Assembly (NCBI GenBank): GCA_963746845.1
Contig: CAVVCZ010000002.1
Span: 32,001-96,000, forward strand
DNA: 64,000 nucleotides
Direction: 5' to 3'
From: an uncultured Chloroflexia bacterium
Lineage (GTDB): Bacteria > Chloroflexota > Limnocylindria > Limnocylindrales > CSP1-4
Positions 21,186 through 31,250 of the stretch are shown here, piece by piece (within the stretch, counting starts at the first letter, position 1; each line of letters begins with the position of its first letter). The notes under the pieces are model-generated. The model saw only the letters and a list, made by a program, of their open reading frames with translations. It had not been told where the DNA came from and searched no databases. The position numbers were made by a program, and so were the translations under genes.

Positions 21186-22027
21186 TAGGCGCCGGTCAGG
21201 GCGTGGGTCACCGTCGTCAGCCGATCGGCCGGCCCGTCCCCGGCCCCGATCATGCTTTCGAGCATGGCCCGCAGGATCCGCTGGTCGCCGCAGAAGCCGA
21301 CGAAGATCGTCCCGTGGCTGGACAGCGTGCCGTACGCGATGTTCCGCCGGAAGATCCTGCCGAACGCATCCTGGTCGGTCCGGGCGACATGCGAGGTCGG
21401 CGGCCGCGGGTCCAGCTCGACGCTGTCGGGCTTGCTCCGGCCGATGATCTCCTCCTGTGCCGTGACCGGCAGGCCCTCCCACGCCGCCGCGTCGTGCTCC
21501 CATTGCTGGAGCAGGAGGATCGAGCCGCCTTCCCCGGACTGGCGGGGCGGGATCAGCGCCACGCTCGTCGCCTCGATCAGCGTCGGGTTCTCCGTGCCGT
21601 CGATGAACCCCGTCAGGTCGAGGTCGTGGTGGTACGGCCAGCCGACCATCTCGTGCGCAAGCTCGGCCGCCCCGGCCAGTGCCGTCACGACCGCCCGCGA
21701 CAGGTCGAACACGACGTCGTAGCCCGAGCCCGTGAGCCAGATCACGACGTCGTGCTGGGTCGCCGGCAGGACCGATCCGGCGGGCCCGACGAGCGGCTCG
21801 TTGAACCCCGTGGCCCCGGCCGGCGCGGCATCCGGGGCAACCGCCGCCCACAGCTCCGGGCGGAACCCGGCGACGAGGTTCACGCCGCCGATCGTCGTCC
21901 GCGGCTCGCGCAGCGACGCCACGCGGGCGGCCGCGATCGCGGGATCGGTGCCGGCCACCAGGTCGAGCTCCAGGTAGGCATGAGACGCCGTGCCGAGCGC
22001 GAAGATGCCGGTCTGCGGTGACGCCAT
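21134..22027 (-). CDS. Dyp-type peroxidase
   Basis: GFIDGTEN, SHV, IFRR. Confidence 0.9.
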   Translation of the reverse strand: MASPQTGIFALGTASHAYLELDLVAGTDPAIAAARVASLREPRTTIGGVNLVAGFRPELWAAVAPDAAPAGATGFNEPLVGPAGSVLPATQHDVVIWLTGSGYDVVFDLSRAVVTALAGAAELAHEMVGWPYHHDLDLTGFIDGTENPTLIEATSVALIPPRQSGEGGSILLLQQWEHDAAAWEGLPVTAQEEIIGRSKPDSVELDPRPPTSHVARTDQDAFGRIFRRNIAYGTLSSHGTIFVGFCGDQRILRAMLESMIGAGDGPADRLTTVTHALTGAYYVIPSADRLASFAAGT

Positions 22028-22124
22028 CGGTGTGCTGCCTCCCCCGAGTGGTGCTCGGACGGCCGTCGCCGGCACGCTCGAGACGAGTGTAGGCCGGGCC
22101 CGCGGGCGCGATAATCTCGTGATC

Positions 22125-22634
22125 GTGAACCAGGCCCGACCCGACGACCCACCCTCCAGCGAGCCGCCCGCGCCGCCCGCCGGGCACCCGTACGCCGCCG
22201 AGATCGAGGCCGAGCGACGCGGCTGGTACGAGATGGTCGAGAGCGTCCGCGCCCTCACGCCCCAGGAGTGCCTCGTCCCCGGCTACTACCGCGATCCGGA
22301 CTGGACCGTGCGCGACGTCGTCGCCCACCTCGGCACGTGGCTGGCCGAGGCCGCGCTCCAGCTCCAGCGAATGAGCGCGGGGACGTATACCGGGCACGAC
22401 GTGGACGTCGATGCGCTCAACGCCGCGTTCCTCAAGGCGATGGCCGGCCAGCCGTGGGACGTGGCCTGGGTCCTCGCGAACTCCGGTCGCAGCCGGATGA
22501 TGGACGAGTGGTATCGGCTAGAGGCGCCGAACGACGAGGCGGCGTGGTGGATCCGGAAGGCGGGCCCCGACCATTACGCGCAGCACGTGCCGCGACTCGG
22601 CGAGTGGGCCGCGGAGCTGATCGCCCGGCGATAG
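22125..22634 (+). CDS. DinB/MDMPI-N superfamily protein
   Basis: WTVRDVVAHLGTW and HYAQH. Confidence 0.75.
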   Translation: MNQARPDDPPSSEPPAPPAGHPYAAEIEAERRGWYEMVESVRALTPQECLVPGYYRDPDWTVRDVVAHLGTWLAEAALQLQRMSAGTYTGHDVDVDALNAAFLKAMAGQPWDVAWVLANSGRSRMMDEWYRLEAPNDEAAWWIRKAGPDHYAQHVPRLGEWAAELIARR

Positions 22635-23290
22635 ACCGGCGGCCCCTCGAGCAGCTCGCGGAGGTGGCCCAGCGCCCGCCTCGTTCGGGTCTTGACGGTG
22701 CCGATCGGCCAGCCCAGCCGGGCCGCGATCTCGGACTGGGACAACCCGCCCGCGTAGGCGAGCTCGATCACTGATCGCTCGACCGGGGCCAGCGCGGCCA
22801 GCGCGTCCTGGATCGATGCCCGGATCTCCATGCCGGACACCACCTCCTCCGGGCTCGGCTCCGGGCCGCCCGCAGCGATCAGGTCGCCGGCCGTCGTGAG
22901 CCATTCGGCGGTCGAGCTGTCATCGGTCTCGACCTGCGCGAACGAGGAGAACGTGATCGCGCGGTCGTGGCGGGCCGCGGACCGGAGGCGATCGATCGCG
23001 CGGTTCCGGGCGATCGTGATCAGCCAGGTTGCCAGCGCACCGCGGGACGGGTCGAACAGCTCCGCCCGGTTCCACAGGGCGAGGAACGTCTCCTGGACGA
23101 CCTCCGCGGCGACGCCATGGTCGCCGGCCGTGCGCATCGCCGCGGCGAAGACCGCCCGGTTGTGCCGGTCGTACAGGGCGGCGAGCGCCGCCTCGGACCC
23201 GCCGATCATCCGGCGCAGGAGCTCGGCGTCCGACGTCGGCTCGTCGGTCGGTTCTGGTGTCGCCTGGAGCGAGGCGATCTGAAGGGCCAT
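22574..23290 (-). CDS. ECF sigma-70 factor (SigK-like)
   Basis: EVVQETFLALW, WLITIARNRAIDRLR, GLSQSEIA...GTVKTR. Confidence 0.92.
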   Translation of the reverse strand: MALQIASLQATPEPTDEPTSDAELLRRMIGGSEAALAALYDRHNRAVFAAAMRTAGDHGVAAEVVQETFLALWNRAELFDPSRGALATWLITIARNRAIDRLRSAARHDRAITFSSFAQVETDDSSTAEWLTTAGDLIAAGGPEPSPEEVVSGMEIRASIQDALAALAPVERSVIELAYAGGLSQSEIAARLGWPIGTVKTRTRRALGHLRELLEGPPVYRRAISSAAHSPSRGTCCA

Positions 23291-23328
23291 GGCGTCCCCC
23301 TGGACTAGTCTGTAAACTGTCGCGTAAG

Positions 23329-23367
23329 TCTCTCGCGAGAGAGATACTAATGTCAAGAACAATCTTG
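23329..23367. promoter_or_regulatory. Probable MarR operator palindromes
   Basis: TCTCTCGCGAGAGA (23329-23342) and CAAGA-N4-TCTTG (23354-23367) in AT-rich divergent region. Confidence 0.55.
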
Positions 23368-23376
23368 CGCTAGCAT

Positions 23377-23883
23377 GTGGACATGGCTGCTGATGACACG
23401 ACCGATCGGATGCTCACGGGCTGGGACCGGGCCCGACCGGACCTCGAGGTCGGGGCCCTCCAGGTGACGGCCCGCCTCAGCCGGATCGGCCCGCATCTCG
23501 CGAGGCGACAGGAAGCGGTCTTCGGCCGGTTCGGCCTGAACCGCGGCGAGGTTGGCCTGCTCAGTGCGCTCCGCATTGCCGGCCCGACCCATCAGCTGTC
23601 GCCGACCCGCCTCGCCCGCGGGTTGATGCTGTCGTCGGCGGGCGTCACGAGCCGGATCGATCGCCTGGAGCGGCGCGGGTTCGTTCGGCGTCTGGACGAT
23701 CCGAACGATCGGCGTGGCGTGATCATCGAGCTGACGGACGACGGGCTGGCGGCCGTTGATGCCGCGGTCGCGGCCAACTCGGAGAGCGACCGCCAGCTGA
23801 TGGAGCGGCTCGAGCCCGGGGAGATCGCCCAGCTCGAGAGCCTGCTGCGGAAGCTGATGACCGGCCTCGAGCTCCCCGAATAG
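23377..23883 (+). CDS. MarR family regulator (PecS/TamR-like)
   Basis: WDRARPDL, LSPTRLA, RIDRLERRGFVRR..DPNDRRG. Confidence 0.9.
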   Translation: MDMAADDTTDRMLTGWDRARPDLEVGALQVTARLSRIGPHLARRQEAVFGRFGLNRGEVGLLSALRIAGPTHQLSPTRLARGLMLSSAGVTSRIDRLERRGFVRRLDDPNDRRGVIIELTDDGLAAVDAAVAANSESDRQLMERLEPGEIAQLESLLRKLMTGLELPE

Positions 23884-23985
23884 CCTCGCCGGGAGCGACC
23901 GGCCCGGATTCGATCTCGGCCGCGACGCTGACGACCTGCGGCCGTTCGATCTGAAGGTTCCGGCCCTCTGGCGTGTCATGTCATC

Positions 23986-24552
23986 GTGAGGCACACGTCA
24001 GAGGTCATCGACTTGGCAGATCGCCCGTCCGTGCTGACCGGCGAGGCCACCCCGCGGGCGGCCGCGTTCGTCCGCCTCGCGGACGATCACCTTGACGCCG
24101 CCTACCGCCTGGCCCGGGCGATCCTGCGCGACCCGGACGAGGCGCAGGATGCGACCCACGACGCGTTCGTCCAGGCATGGCAGAAGTGGGCGACCCTGCG
24201 CGATCCCTCCCGCTTCGAGCCCTGGTTCGATCGCATCCTCGTCAACACCTGCCGGAATCGCCTGCGGGCGTCGCGCCGGCTCACGACGGACATCTCGGCC
24301 GAGGTCGCCCTCGCCTCGGGCGATGCGATCGGTCCCGCCGACGACCGGGACCTGCTCGGCCACGCGATCGCGGAGCTCTCGCCGGACCAGCAGATCGTCG
24401 TGGCCCTGCGCTACTTCGGGGACCTCACGGTCGACACCATCGCGGATCGCCTGGGCATCCCGCCGGGCACGGTCCATTCCCGTCTGCACTACGCGCTCAA
24501 GCGGCTGCACGACGCCATCGACGACCCCGAGACGAAGGGAACGATCCGATGA
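23986..24552 (+). CDS. ECF sigma-70 factor
   Basis: AQDATHDAFVQAW..LRDPSRF..WFDRILVN; GTVHSRLHYA. Confidence 0.9.
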   Translation: MRHTSEVIDLADRPSVLTGEATPRAAAFVRLADDHLDAAYRLARAILRDPDEAQDATHDAFVQAWQKWATLRDPSRFEPWFDRILVNTCRNRLRASRRLTTDISAEVALASGDAIGPADDRDLLGHAIAELSPDQQIVVALRYFGDLTVDTIADRLGIPPGTVHSRLHYALKRLHDAIDDPETKGTIR

Positions 24553-25880
24553 CCGACCAGGAGCTCGAGGGCCGCCTGCGGGCCTGGTACGGCGACGAGG
24601 TCGGTGTCGCGACGAAGGCCCCGGTCGAACTGCGGAACCGTCTGGCGGCGATCCCCACGACCCGGTCGGTCCGGGTGCGGCGCCCGGCCGGCCCACGCGG
24701 CATGGTGCTGCTGGCGGCCGCGCTGTTGCTGGGCGTCGGAGGCGCGATCGCGGTCGGCTCGGCCCTCGTCCGGCCGTCGGCTCCGCTGCCCTCGCCGTTG
24801 CCACTGGTCGCGCCGCCTCTGGTGACGGCGACGCCACCGCCCGAGGAGCCGTCCCCCTCGTCGACCCCCGCCCCGACCCCGACGTCGACGCCGGTCGCGC
24901 AAGGTCGGTGGTCGTTCGGAAGCGACATGCAGGACGGGCGATCGGGTGCGACGGCCACGCTTCTCCGGGACGGCAGGGTACTGGTGGCCGGGGGCCAGAC
25001 CGACGTCGTGTATTCGAAGACGGCGGAGCTGTACGACCCGGCCACCGATCGGTGGACCCAGACGGGCCCGATGCACGATGGACGCCGAGGGCACCTCGCC
25101 GTGCTCCTGTCGGACGGGCGCGTCCTCGTTGCCGGAGGCTGGAACCTCGGGACGGGACAGGCGTTCGCCTCGGCAGAGCTGTACGACCCGGCCAGCGGCA
25201 CCTGGACCAAGACCGGCAGCATGACCCGCTGGCGGTATGGAGCGAAGGCCACCCTCCTGACCGACGGTCGGGTGCTCGTGGTCGGCGGCTTGATCAGCGG
25301 CGGCGGCGTGACGAAGGGCGCGGAGGTCTACGACCCGAGCACCGGGACGTGGAGCTACACCGCCAACATGCGGTCCGCGCCCCTCACCGCGACCCTTCTG
25401 CCCGACGGCATGGTGCTGGTCAACCATGCCGGGCAGGTGCCTCCCGAGCTGTATGACCCCGTGAGCGGGAGCTGGACGGACGCGGCACTGCCTGACCACG
25501 CCACCGCGCCCGCGGACGGCCGGGTGCTTGTCCTGAGCGAGGCGACGCTGCTCGCGGACGGCCGGGTGCTGCTGTTGAGCGTCACCGGAGACGCGTTCTA
25601 CGCGGCCGAGCTGTACGACCCCGGCAGCGACACGTGGGCTTCGACCGCTCTTCCCCCGGTGGGCCGCGGCCCGGCGACGCTCCTGGCCGACGGCTCGGTC
25701 CTGGTCGTCGGCCGCGACGGGTCAGCCAGGTATGACCCCGGAACTGGAACCTGGACCGCCGTAGCGGCGCCTCCTCAGCCGAGCTACTTCCAGGACGGCC
25801 TCGTCGTTCGGCTGCTGGACGGGAGGGTCCTCGCGGTTGAAAGCGGCATGACAGGGTTGTTTGACCCGACGGGCACCTGA
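24549..25880 (+). CDS. Putative anti-sigma factor: short N-domain, 1 TM, Pro/Thr linker, Kelch beta-propeller
   Basis: ATGA coupling to sigma; repeats of ATLLxDGRVLVAGG...AELYDPxxxxW. Confidence 0.8.
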   Translation: MTDQELEGRLRAWYGDEVGVATKAPVELRNRLAAIPTTRSVRVRRPAGPRGMVLLAAALLLGVGGAIAVGSALVRPSAPLPSPLPLVAPPLVTATPPPEEPSPSSTPAPTPTSTPVAQGRWSFGSDMQDGRSGATATLLRDGRVLVAGGQTDVVYSKTAELYDPATDRWTQTGPMHDGRRGHLAVLLSDGRVLVAGGWNLGTGQAFASAELYDPASGTWTKTGSMTRWRYGAKATLLTDGRVLVVGGLISGGGVTKGAEVYDPSTGTWSYTANMRSAPLTATLLPDGMVLVNHAGQVPPELYDPVSGSWTDAALPDHATAPADGRVLVLSEATLLADGRVLLLSVTGDAFYAAELYDPGSDTWASTALPPVGRGPATLLADGSVLVVGRDGSARYDPGTGTWTAVAAPPQPSYFQDGLVVRLLDGRVLAVESGMTGLFDPTGT

Positions 25881-26674
25881 TGAGCGTCGTCCGGGCGGCC
25901 ATTCCCACGATCATTGTCCTGGTTGTCGCCGTGTGGGGCTGCGGGGGCAACATCCCGGTGGCGTCGAGCCCCGCGTCCGAGATCCCCAAGCAGACGAACG
26001 CGCCTGTCGTGTCGCCAACGACATCGATTCATCCAACTGTCGTGCCGTCACCCAGCGGCGTCGCCGTGCTCGGTGTCAGTGGCAGCGGAACCTTCGGTCC
26101 GGGAACCTACGCGACGGCGTTCCAGCCGCCGCTGACCATCACGCTCGCCGACCGCACGGTCGCCGGGGCCAACGGGACGATCGCGTACGAGAGCATCGGC
26201 GAAGTCGATGTCAACGAGCCTGCCTGGGTGGATATCACCTTCGGCTTCGACAAGCCACGCCCGCACGGGCATGGGACGTGGTCGGCGGACTTCTTCATCA
26301 CTCGGATCGACAAGGTCCTCGACCCGAAGCGCTCGGCCACCCTGATCGACCCACCGAAGGATCTCGCGACCTGGATCTCGAAGCTCCCCGGCCTGAGGCT
26401 CACGGCTCCGGCCGCCGCCGTCGAGATCGGAGGCATCCGCGCGACGCAGCTCGACGTCGTCAGCGGTGCCGAGGAGGTCGCGATCGGACCGATCCCCGGC
26501 ATCACCGACCCGCCGGCGTTCGGGTTCGGCCCGCACCATCCAGCCCGGTTCGTCGTCGTCGATGTCGGCGGCCACGATGTGCTGATCCAGATCGGCGCGG
26601 ATGACGATGCCGCCCACTTCGAGCGGGCCGTGGAGGCGCTCCAGCCACTCGTGGACTCGATCGCCTGGCAGTGA
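25880..26674 (+). CDS. Putative lipoprotein (PGTY...DSI family)
   Basis: Signal peptide ending VWGC; Pro/Ser linker; similar to 45103 and to C-domain of 58214. Confidence 0.7.
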   Translation: MSVVRAAIPTIIVLVVAVWGCGGNIPVASSPASEIPKQTNAPVVSPTTSIHPTVVPSPSGVAVLGVSGSGTFGPGTYATAFQPPLTITLADRTVAGANGTIAYESIGEVDVNEPAWVDITFGFDKPRPHGHGTWSADFFITRIDKVLDPKRSATLIDPPKDLATWISKLPGLRLTAPAAAVEIGGIRATQLDVVSGAEEVAIGPIPGITDPPAFGFGPHHPARFVVVDVGGHDVLIQIGADDDAAHFERAVEALQPLVDSIAWQ

Positions 26675-26684
26675 CCCTTGAACG

Positions 26685-28030
26685 TCAGCCGATCGGATGG
26701 TTGGCCACGAACAGGCCGGTCGGGTCGTAACGGGCCCTGACCTGCCTGAGCCGGTCGTAGCTCTCCGGGGGGAAGATCGAGCGCGGGTCCGTCCGGGACT
26801 CGGCGAAGTTCAGGTACCGCCGTCCGCTGTCCCACGGCGCGAGCGCTCCGAGGAGGACGTGTTGACCTGACGTTCGACCGCGGCCAACGCCGCCGCGTCC
26901 GGCGTGAGCCCGAACGTGAAGCACACGAACGGCTGGTCGATCGCGTCGAGCGCCCCGTGGTCGGGCGATCGACGGGCGGCGGCCCCGCCCAGGTGCCGAA
27001 CCTCGACATGCAGGAGCGGTGACCCGACGAACGCCTCGACGATCCCGTCGATCGCCGCGGGCGGCAGGTCCGTGATCAGGATTCCCTCGCCCGAATACGG
27101 CAGCGGATCCTCGGGATCCATGTTGACCACGCTCAGCTCGCTGGCCGGCATCGTCGTGACGGTGTCGAACTCCGGGCGGAGGTCGCGGAGTGGCTGGAGG
27201 AGGGCCTCCGCGTCGCTCGCCGAGCCGAGGATCGCGGCCTCGACCAGCACGAACGACCGGCTCCGCAGATGCTCGGGCAGGAACGGGACGTCCGGCAGCT
27301 GGAGCATCCGGCCGAGCGACTCGCAGGCCTCCGGCTCCGTCTCGATCCACGAACGCCAGGCGTTCAGGATCTCGGTCGCCCGCTCGATCGGCCAGAACAG
27401 AGCCCCGGCATAGATCTCGGCGATCGGGAACAGCTCGAGCTCGATCGCGGTCACGGCGGCCACGTTGCCGCCGCCACCGCGGATCGCCCAGAACAGCTCG
27501 GGCTCGGTATCGCGGTCGGCCCGCATCCTGCGACCGTCGGCGGTGACGACCTCGGCCGCGACGATGCTGTTGCAGGCGAGCCCGTGCTCCCGAATCATCC
27601 AGCTGAGACCACCCCCGAGCGCGTACCCGAGCACGCCGACGTTCGGCGACGTGCCGGCGAGGTACGCCAGGCCGTGCTCCCCGGCGGCGACGGCGAGCGG
27701 TCGCGACAGCGCGCCCGCCTCGACCCGCGCGCGCCTCGCCATCGGGTCGATGGTGATCCCCGCCATCCGCTCCGTCTTCAGGAGCAGCGTGTCCCGGCTC
27801 CAGTCGATGGGCCCGGCGTTGTGGCCGCCGGCGTTGAACGCGATGCGAAGCCCGCGCTCGGCGGCGACGAGGACGGCCGCCGCGACGTCATCCGCGGACT
27901 CCGGGTAGACGACCGCGACCGGTCGCTGGTCGACCGCCAGGTTCCACGCCTGCCGCGCCGTGTCCCACGTCTCGTCGCCCGGCAGGACGAGGTCGCCGGC
28001 GATGCGGTCGCGCAGATCGGAAAGGGGCAT
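26685..28030 (-). CDS. FAD-binding oxidoreductase (BBE-like), frameshift near 26860
   Basis: AGGHN, GVLGYALGGG, LFWAIRGGGG; C-terminal YLNF...YDPTGLF in a second frame. Confidence 0.85.
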
Positions 28031-28214
28031 CGGGGCCTCGGCCAGAGCACGCGGGCGAGGCCGCGAGCCGCCCGCGGCCTCGGATGATACGAGACGACGG
28101 ACCAGTCACCGGAACCCGTTACAACCAGTCGATCGACTGACGACGCGATTCGGCTGTCCGGGGCACGATAGCCACCGGCCGCTGCCCCGGCCGGGAAGCC
28201 ACAGGAGTCAGGAC

Positions 28215-29460
28215 ATGTCTCACGTCGCAACCGCCCCGGATCCGACCTCCGCCGACTCGGAGACCATCCGCCCGTTCCACGTCGAGGTTCCCCAGGCGGA
28301 GATCGACGAGCTCCGTCGACGGCTCCAGGCGACGCGCTGGCCCGAGAAGGAGACCGTCGCGGACCTGTCACAGGGCGTGCCGCTGGCGACGATGCAGGAG
28401 CTGGTCCGGTACTGGGTCGACGACTACGACTTCGGCCGGGTCGAGGCGAGGCTGAACGCGTTCCCGCAGTTCCTGACCGAGATCGACGGTCTCGACATCC
28501 ACTTCATCCATGCCAAATCGACGCACGCGAACGCCCTGCCGCTGATCATCACGCACGGCTGGCCGGGCTCGATCATCGAGATGCTGAACGTGATCGGCCC
28601 GCTCACCGACCCGATCGCCTACGGCGGCGACGCGGCGGACGCGTTCGACGTGGTCATCCCGTCGATGCCCGGCTACGGATACTCGGCGAAGCCGACCACG
28701 ACCGGTTGGGGCCCGGTCCACATCGCGGACGCGTGGATCCGGCTCATGCGGCGCCTCGGTTACACGCGCTACGTCGCGCAGGGCGGCGACTGGGGTGCCC
28801 AGATCACCGACGTCATCGGGGCTACCGCACCGCCGGAGCTGCTGGGCATCCACACCAACATGCCCGGCACCGTCTTCCCCGACGTGTCCAGGGCCCTGAC
28901 GTCCAACGTGTTCGGGACCGGTCATGCGGCGCCGACCGGGCTGTCACCCGACGAGCAACGGGCCTACGACCGGCTGGCCTTCCTCTTCACCAAGGGCGTC
29001 GGCTACGCCCTCGAGATGGGGAATCGCCCGCAGACGTTGTACGGGCTGTCCGACTCGCCGGCGGCCCTCGCGGCCTGGATGCTGGACCACGACGCGTACA
29101 GCCTCGAGGACATCGCCCGGGCCTTCGCCGGCCACGCCGGTCGACAACCTCACCCGGGACGAGGTCCTCGACAACATCACGATGACCTGGGTCACGAACA
29201 CGGGCATGTCCTCCGGACGGCTGTACTGGGAGAACACCCTCGGCTTCTTCGATGTCAAGGACGTCAAGGTGCCGGCGGCCGTGAGCGTCTTCCCGCGCGA
29301 GCTCTACCAGGCGCCGCGGAGCTGGACCGAGCAGGCCTACCCCAACCTCATCTACTTCAACGAGCTCGACCGCGGCAATCACTTCGCGGCCTGGCAGGAG
29401 CCGGAACTCTTCAGCGAAGAGCTCCGAAAGGCATTCCGATCGCTTCGCTCCCGACACTGA
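28215..29460 (+). CDS. Epoxide hydrolase (EHN + alpha/beta fold), frameshift near 29135
   Basis: IRPF, HGWPGS, QGGDWG; GNHFAAWQEP in a second frame. Confidence 0.88.
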
Positions 29461-29503
29461 CCGGATCGTCGACGCGACGAGACCAGGCAAGGAGGGCAGG
29501 TCC

Positions 29504-30592
29504 ATGTCCGATGACACCCGCAGTCCCGACGCAGCCTCGGGCACGGCCACGCTGTCCGCGCCGGCGAGCCGGCCCGGCCTGCTCCGGTCCATCGCCCACC
29601 GGCTCTCGGGCGAGGATGCAACACTGCCCGTTGAGGGCCGCCTTGCCTCATTCGACGGCGCCACCGGCTGGCTCAACTCGGAGCCGCTCACGCCCGAGGG
29701 TCTCCGCGGACGGGTCGTCCTCGTCAATTTCCTGACGTACACGTGCGTCAACTGGCTCCGGACGTTGCCGTATGTCCGGGCCTGGGCCGCGAAGTACGCC
29801 GACGCCGGACTGACGGTCGTCGGGGTCCATACGCCGGAGTTCGGCTTCGAGGCGACCGTCGACAATGTCGTCGCGCAGCTGCGCGCGCTCGACGTCGAGT
29901 TTCCGATCGCGATCGACAGCAAGTACGGCGTCTGGCAGGCCTTCGCGAATCACTTCTGGCCGGCGGTCTACATCGCGGACGCGGAAGGCCGGATTCGGTT
30001 CCACCATTTCGGCGAGGGCGAGTACGCGATGACCGAGATGGTGATCCAGCAGCTCCTCCTCGACGCCGGCGCGCAAGCCATCGATCAGAGCCTGGTGGAG
30101 GTCGAGCCGCGCGGGCTCGAGGTGGCCGCCGACTGGCGGACGCTCCGATCGCCCGAGACCTACACCGGCTATGGCCAGGCCACGGGCTTCGCGTCCGAAG
30201 GGGCGGCGTCCTTCGACCGGCCGCGTGTCTACACGGCGGCGGCGCGGCTCCCGCTCAACCATTGGGACCTGTCCGGAACCTGGACGGTCGCCCGGCACGC
30301 GGCGATCGCGAACGAGCCGGGCGGGCGGATCGCGTTCCAGTTCCAGGCTCGCGACGTCAACCTCGTGATGGGCCCGGCGACCCCGGGCGCCACCGTGCCG
30401 TTCCGCGTCTATCTCGACGGCCAGCCAGCAGCTGACGCTCACGGGACCGACGTGGACGCGAACGGTGCCGGCGTCGTCGACGATCAGACCACCTACCAGC
30501 TGATCCGCCAGACCGGAGAGATCTCCGAGCACCGGTTCGAGATCGAGTTCCTCGAGGCGGGCGTCGAGGCCTACTGCTTCACGTTCGGCTGA
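29504..30592 (+). CDS. Thioredoxin-like protein (DipZ C-terminal type)
   Basis: WLNSEPL, NFLTYTCVNW, GVHTPEF, HFGEG, SPETY, YCFTFG. Confidence 0.85.
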   Translation: MSDDTRSPDAASGTATLSAPASRPGLLRSIAHRLSGEDATLPVEGRLASFDGATGWLNSEPLTPEGLRGRVVLVNFLTYTCVNWLRTLPYVRAWAAKYADAGLTVVGVHTPEFGFEATVDNVVAQLRALDVEFPIAIDSKYGVWQAFANHFWPAVYIADAEGRIRFHHFGEGEYAMTEMVIQQLLLDAGAQAIDQSLVEVEPRGLEVAADWRTLRSPETYTGYGQATGFASEGAASFDRPRVYTAAARLPLNHWDLSGTWTVARHAAIANEPGGRIAFQFQARDVNLVMGPATPGATVPFRVYLDGQPAADAHGTDVDANGAGVVDDQTTYQLIRQTGEISEHRFEIEFLEAGVEAYCFTFG

Positions 30593-30611
30593 GCCGCGTC
30601 CGTCTCCCGGC

Positions 30612-31250
30612 TCAGGTCCGGCCGGGGACGAGCAGCCCGCGCTCGTAGGCTGCGGCGACCGCCGCCGCGCGGTCGTTCACGTCGAGCTTGGCGTAGATGT
30701 GCAGGAGGTGCGTCTTGACCGTCGCCTCCGAGATGAACAGGCGGGCCGCCGCGCCGCGGTTCGTCTCCCCCTGGGCGATCAGCGTCAGGACCTCCAGCTC
30801 GCGGTCGCTCAGCGCGTCCTGCGCGGGCGCGCGCAGCTGGCTGACGAGCCGCGTCGCGACCGACGGCGCGAGGACCGCCTCGTCGCGGGCCGCGGCCCGG
30901 ATCGCGCGGACGAGCTGTTCGCGCGGGGCGTCCTTCAGGAGGTAGCCGGTGGCACCGGCCTCGAGCGCGGGCACCACGTCGCTGTCGGAGTCGTACGTCG
31001 TGAGCACGAGGACGCGGGCCTCGGACCCCTGTTCGGCCAGCTGCCGGATCGCCGCCGCGCCGCCCAGACCCGGCATCCGCAGGTCCATCAGGACGACGTC
31101 CGGCCGGAGCGACCCGACGAGGGCCAGCGCCTCGGCCCCGTCTGCCGCCTCGCCCACGACCTCGAGGTCCGGGTCTCCGGACAGCATCCCGCGCAGTCCG
31201 TCACGCACGACCGGATGGTCGTCGACGATCAGCAGCCGGATGGGGCTCAC
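30612..31250 (-). CDS. NarL/LuxR family response regulator
   Basis: LLIVDDHPVVR, VLMDLRMP, GYLLKD, TVKTH. Confidence 0.93.
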   Translation of the reverse strand: MSPIRLLIVDDHPVVRDGLRGMLSGDPDLEVVGEAADGAEALALVGSLRPDVVLMDLRMPGLGGAAAIRQLAEQGSEARVLVLTTYDSDSDVVPALEAGATGYLLKDAPREQLVRAIRAAARDEAVLAPSVATRLVSQLRAPAQDALSDRELEVLTLIAQGETNRGAAARLFISEATVKTHLLHIYAKLDVNDRAAAVAAAYERGLLVPGRT

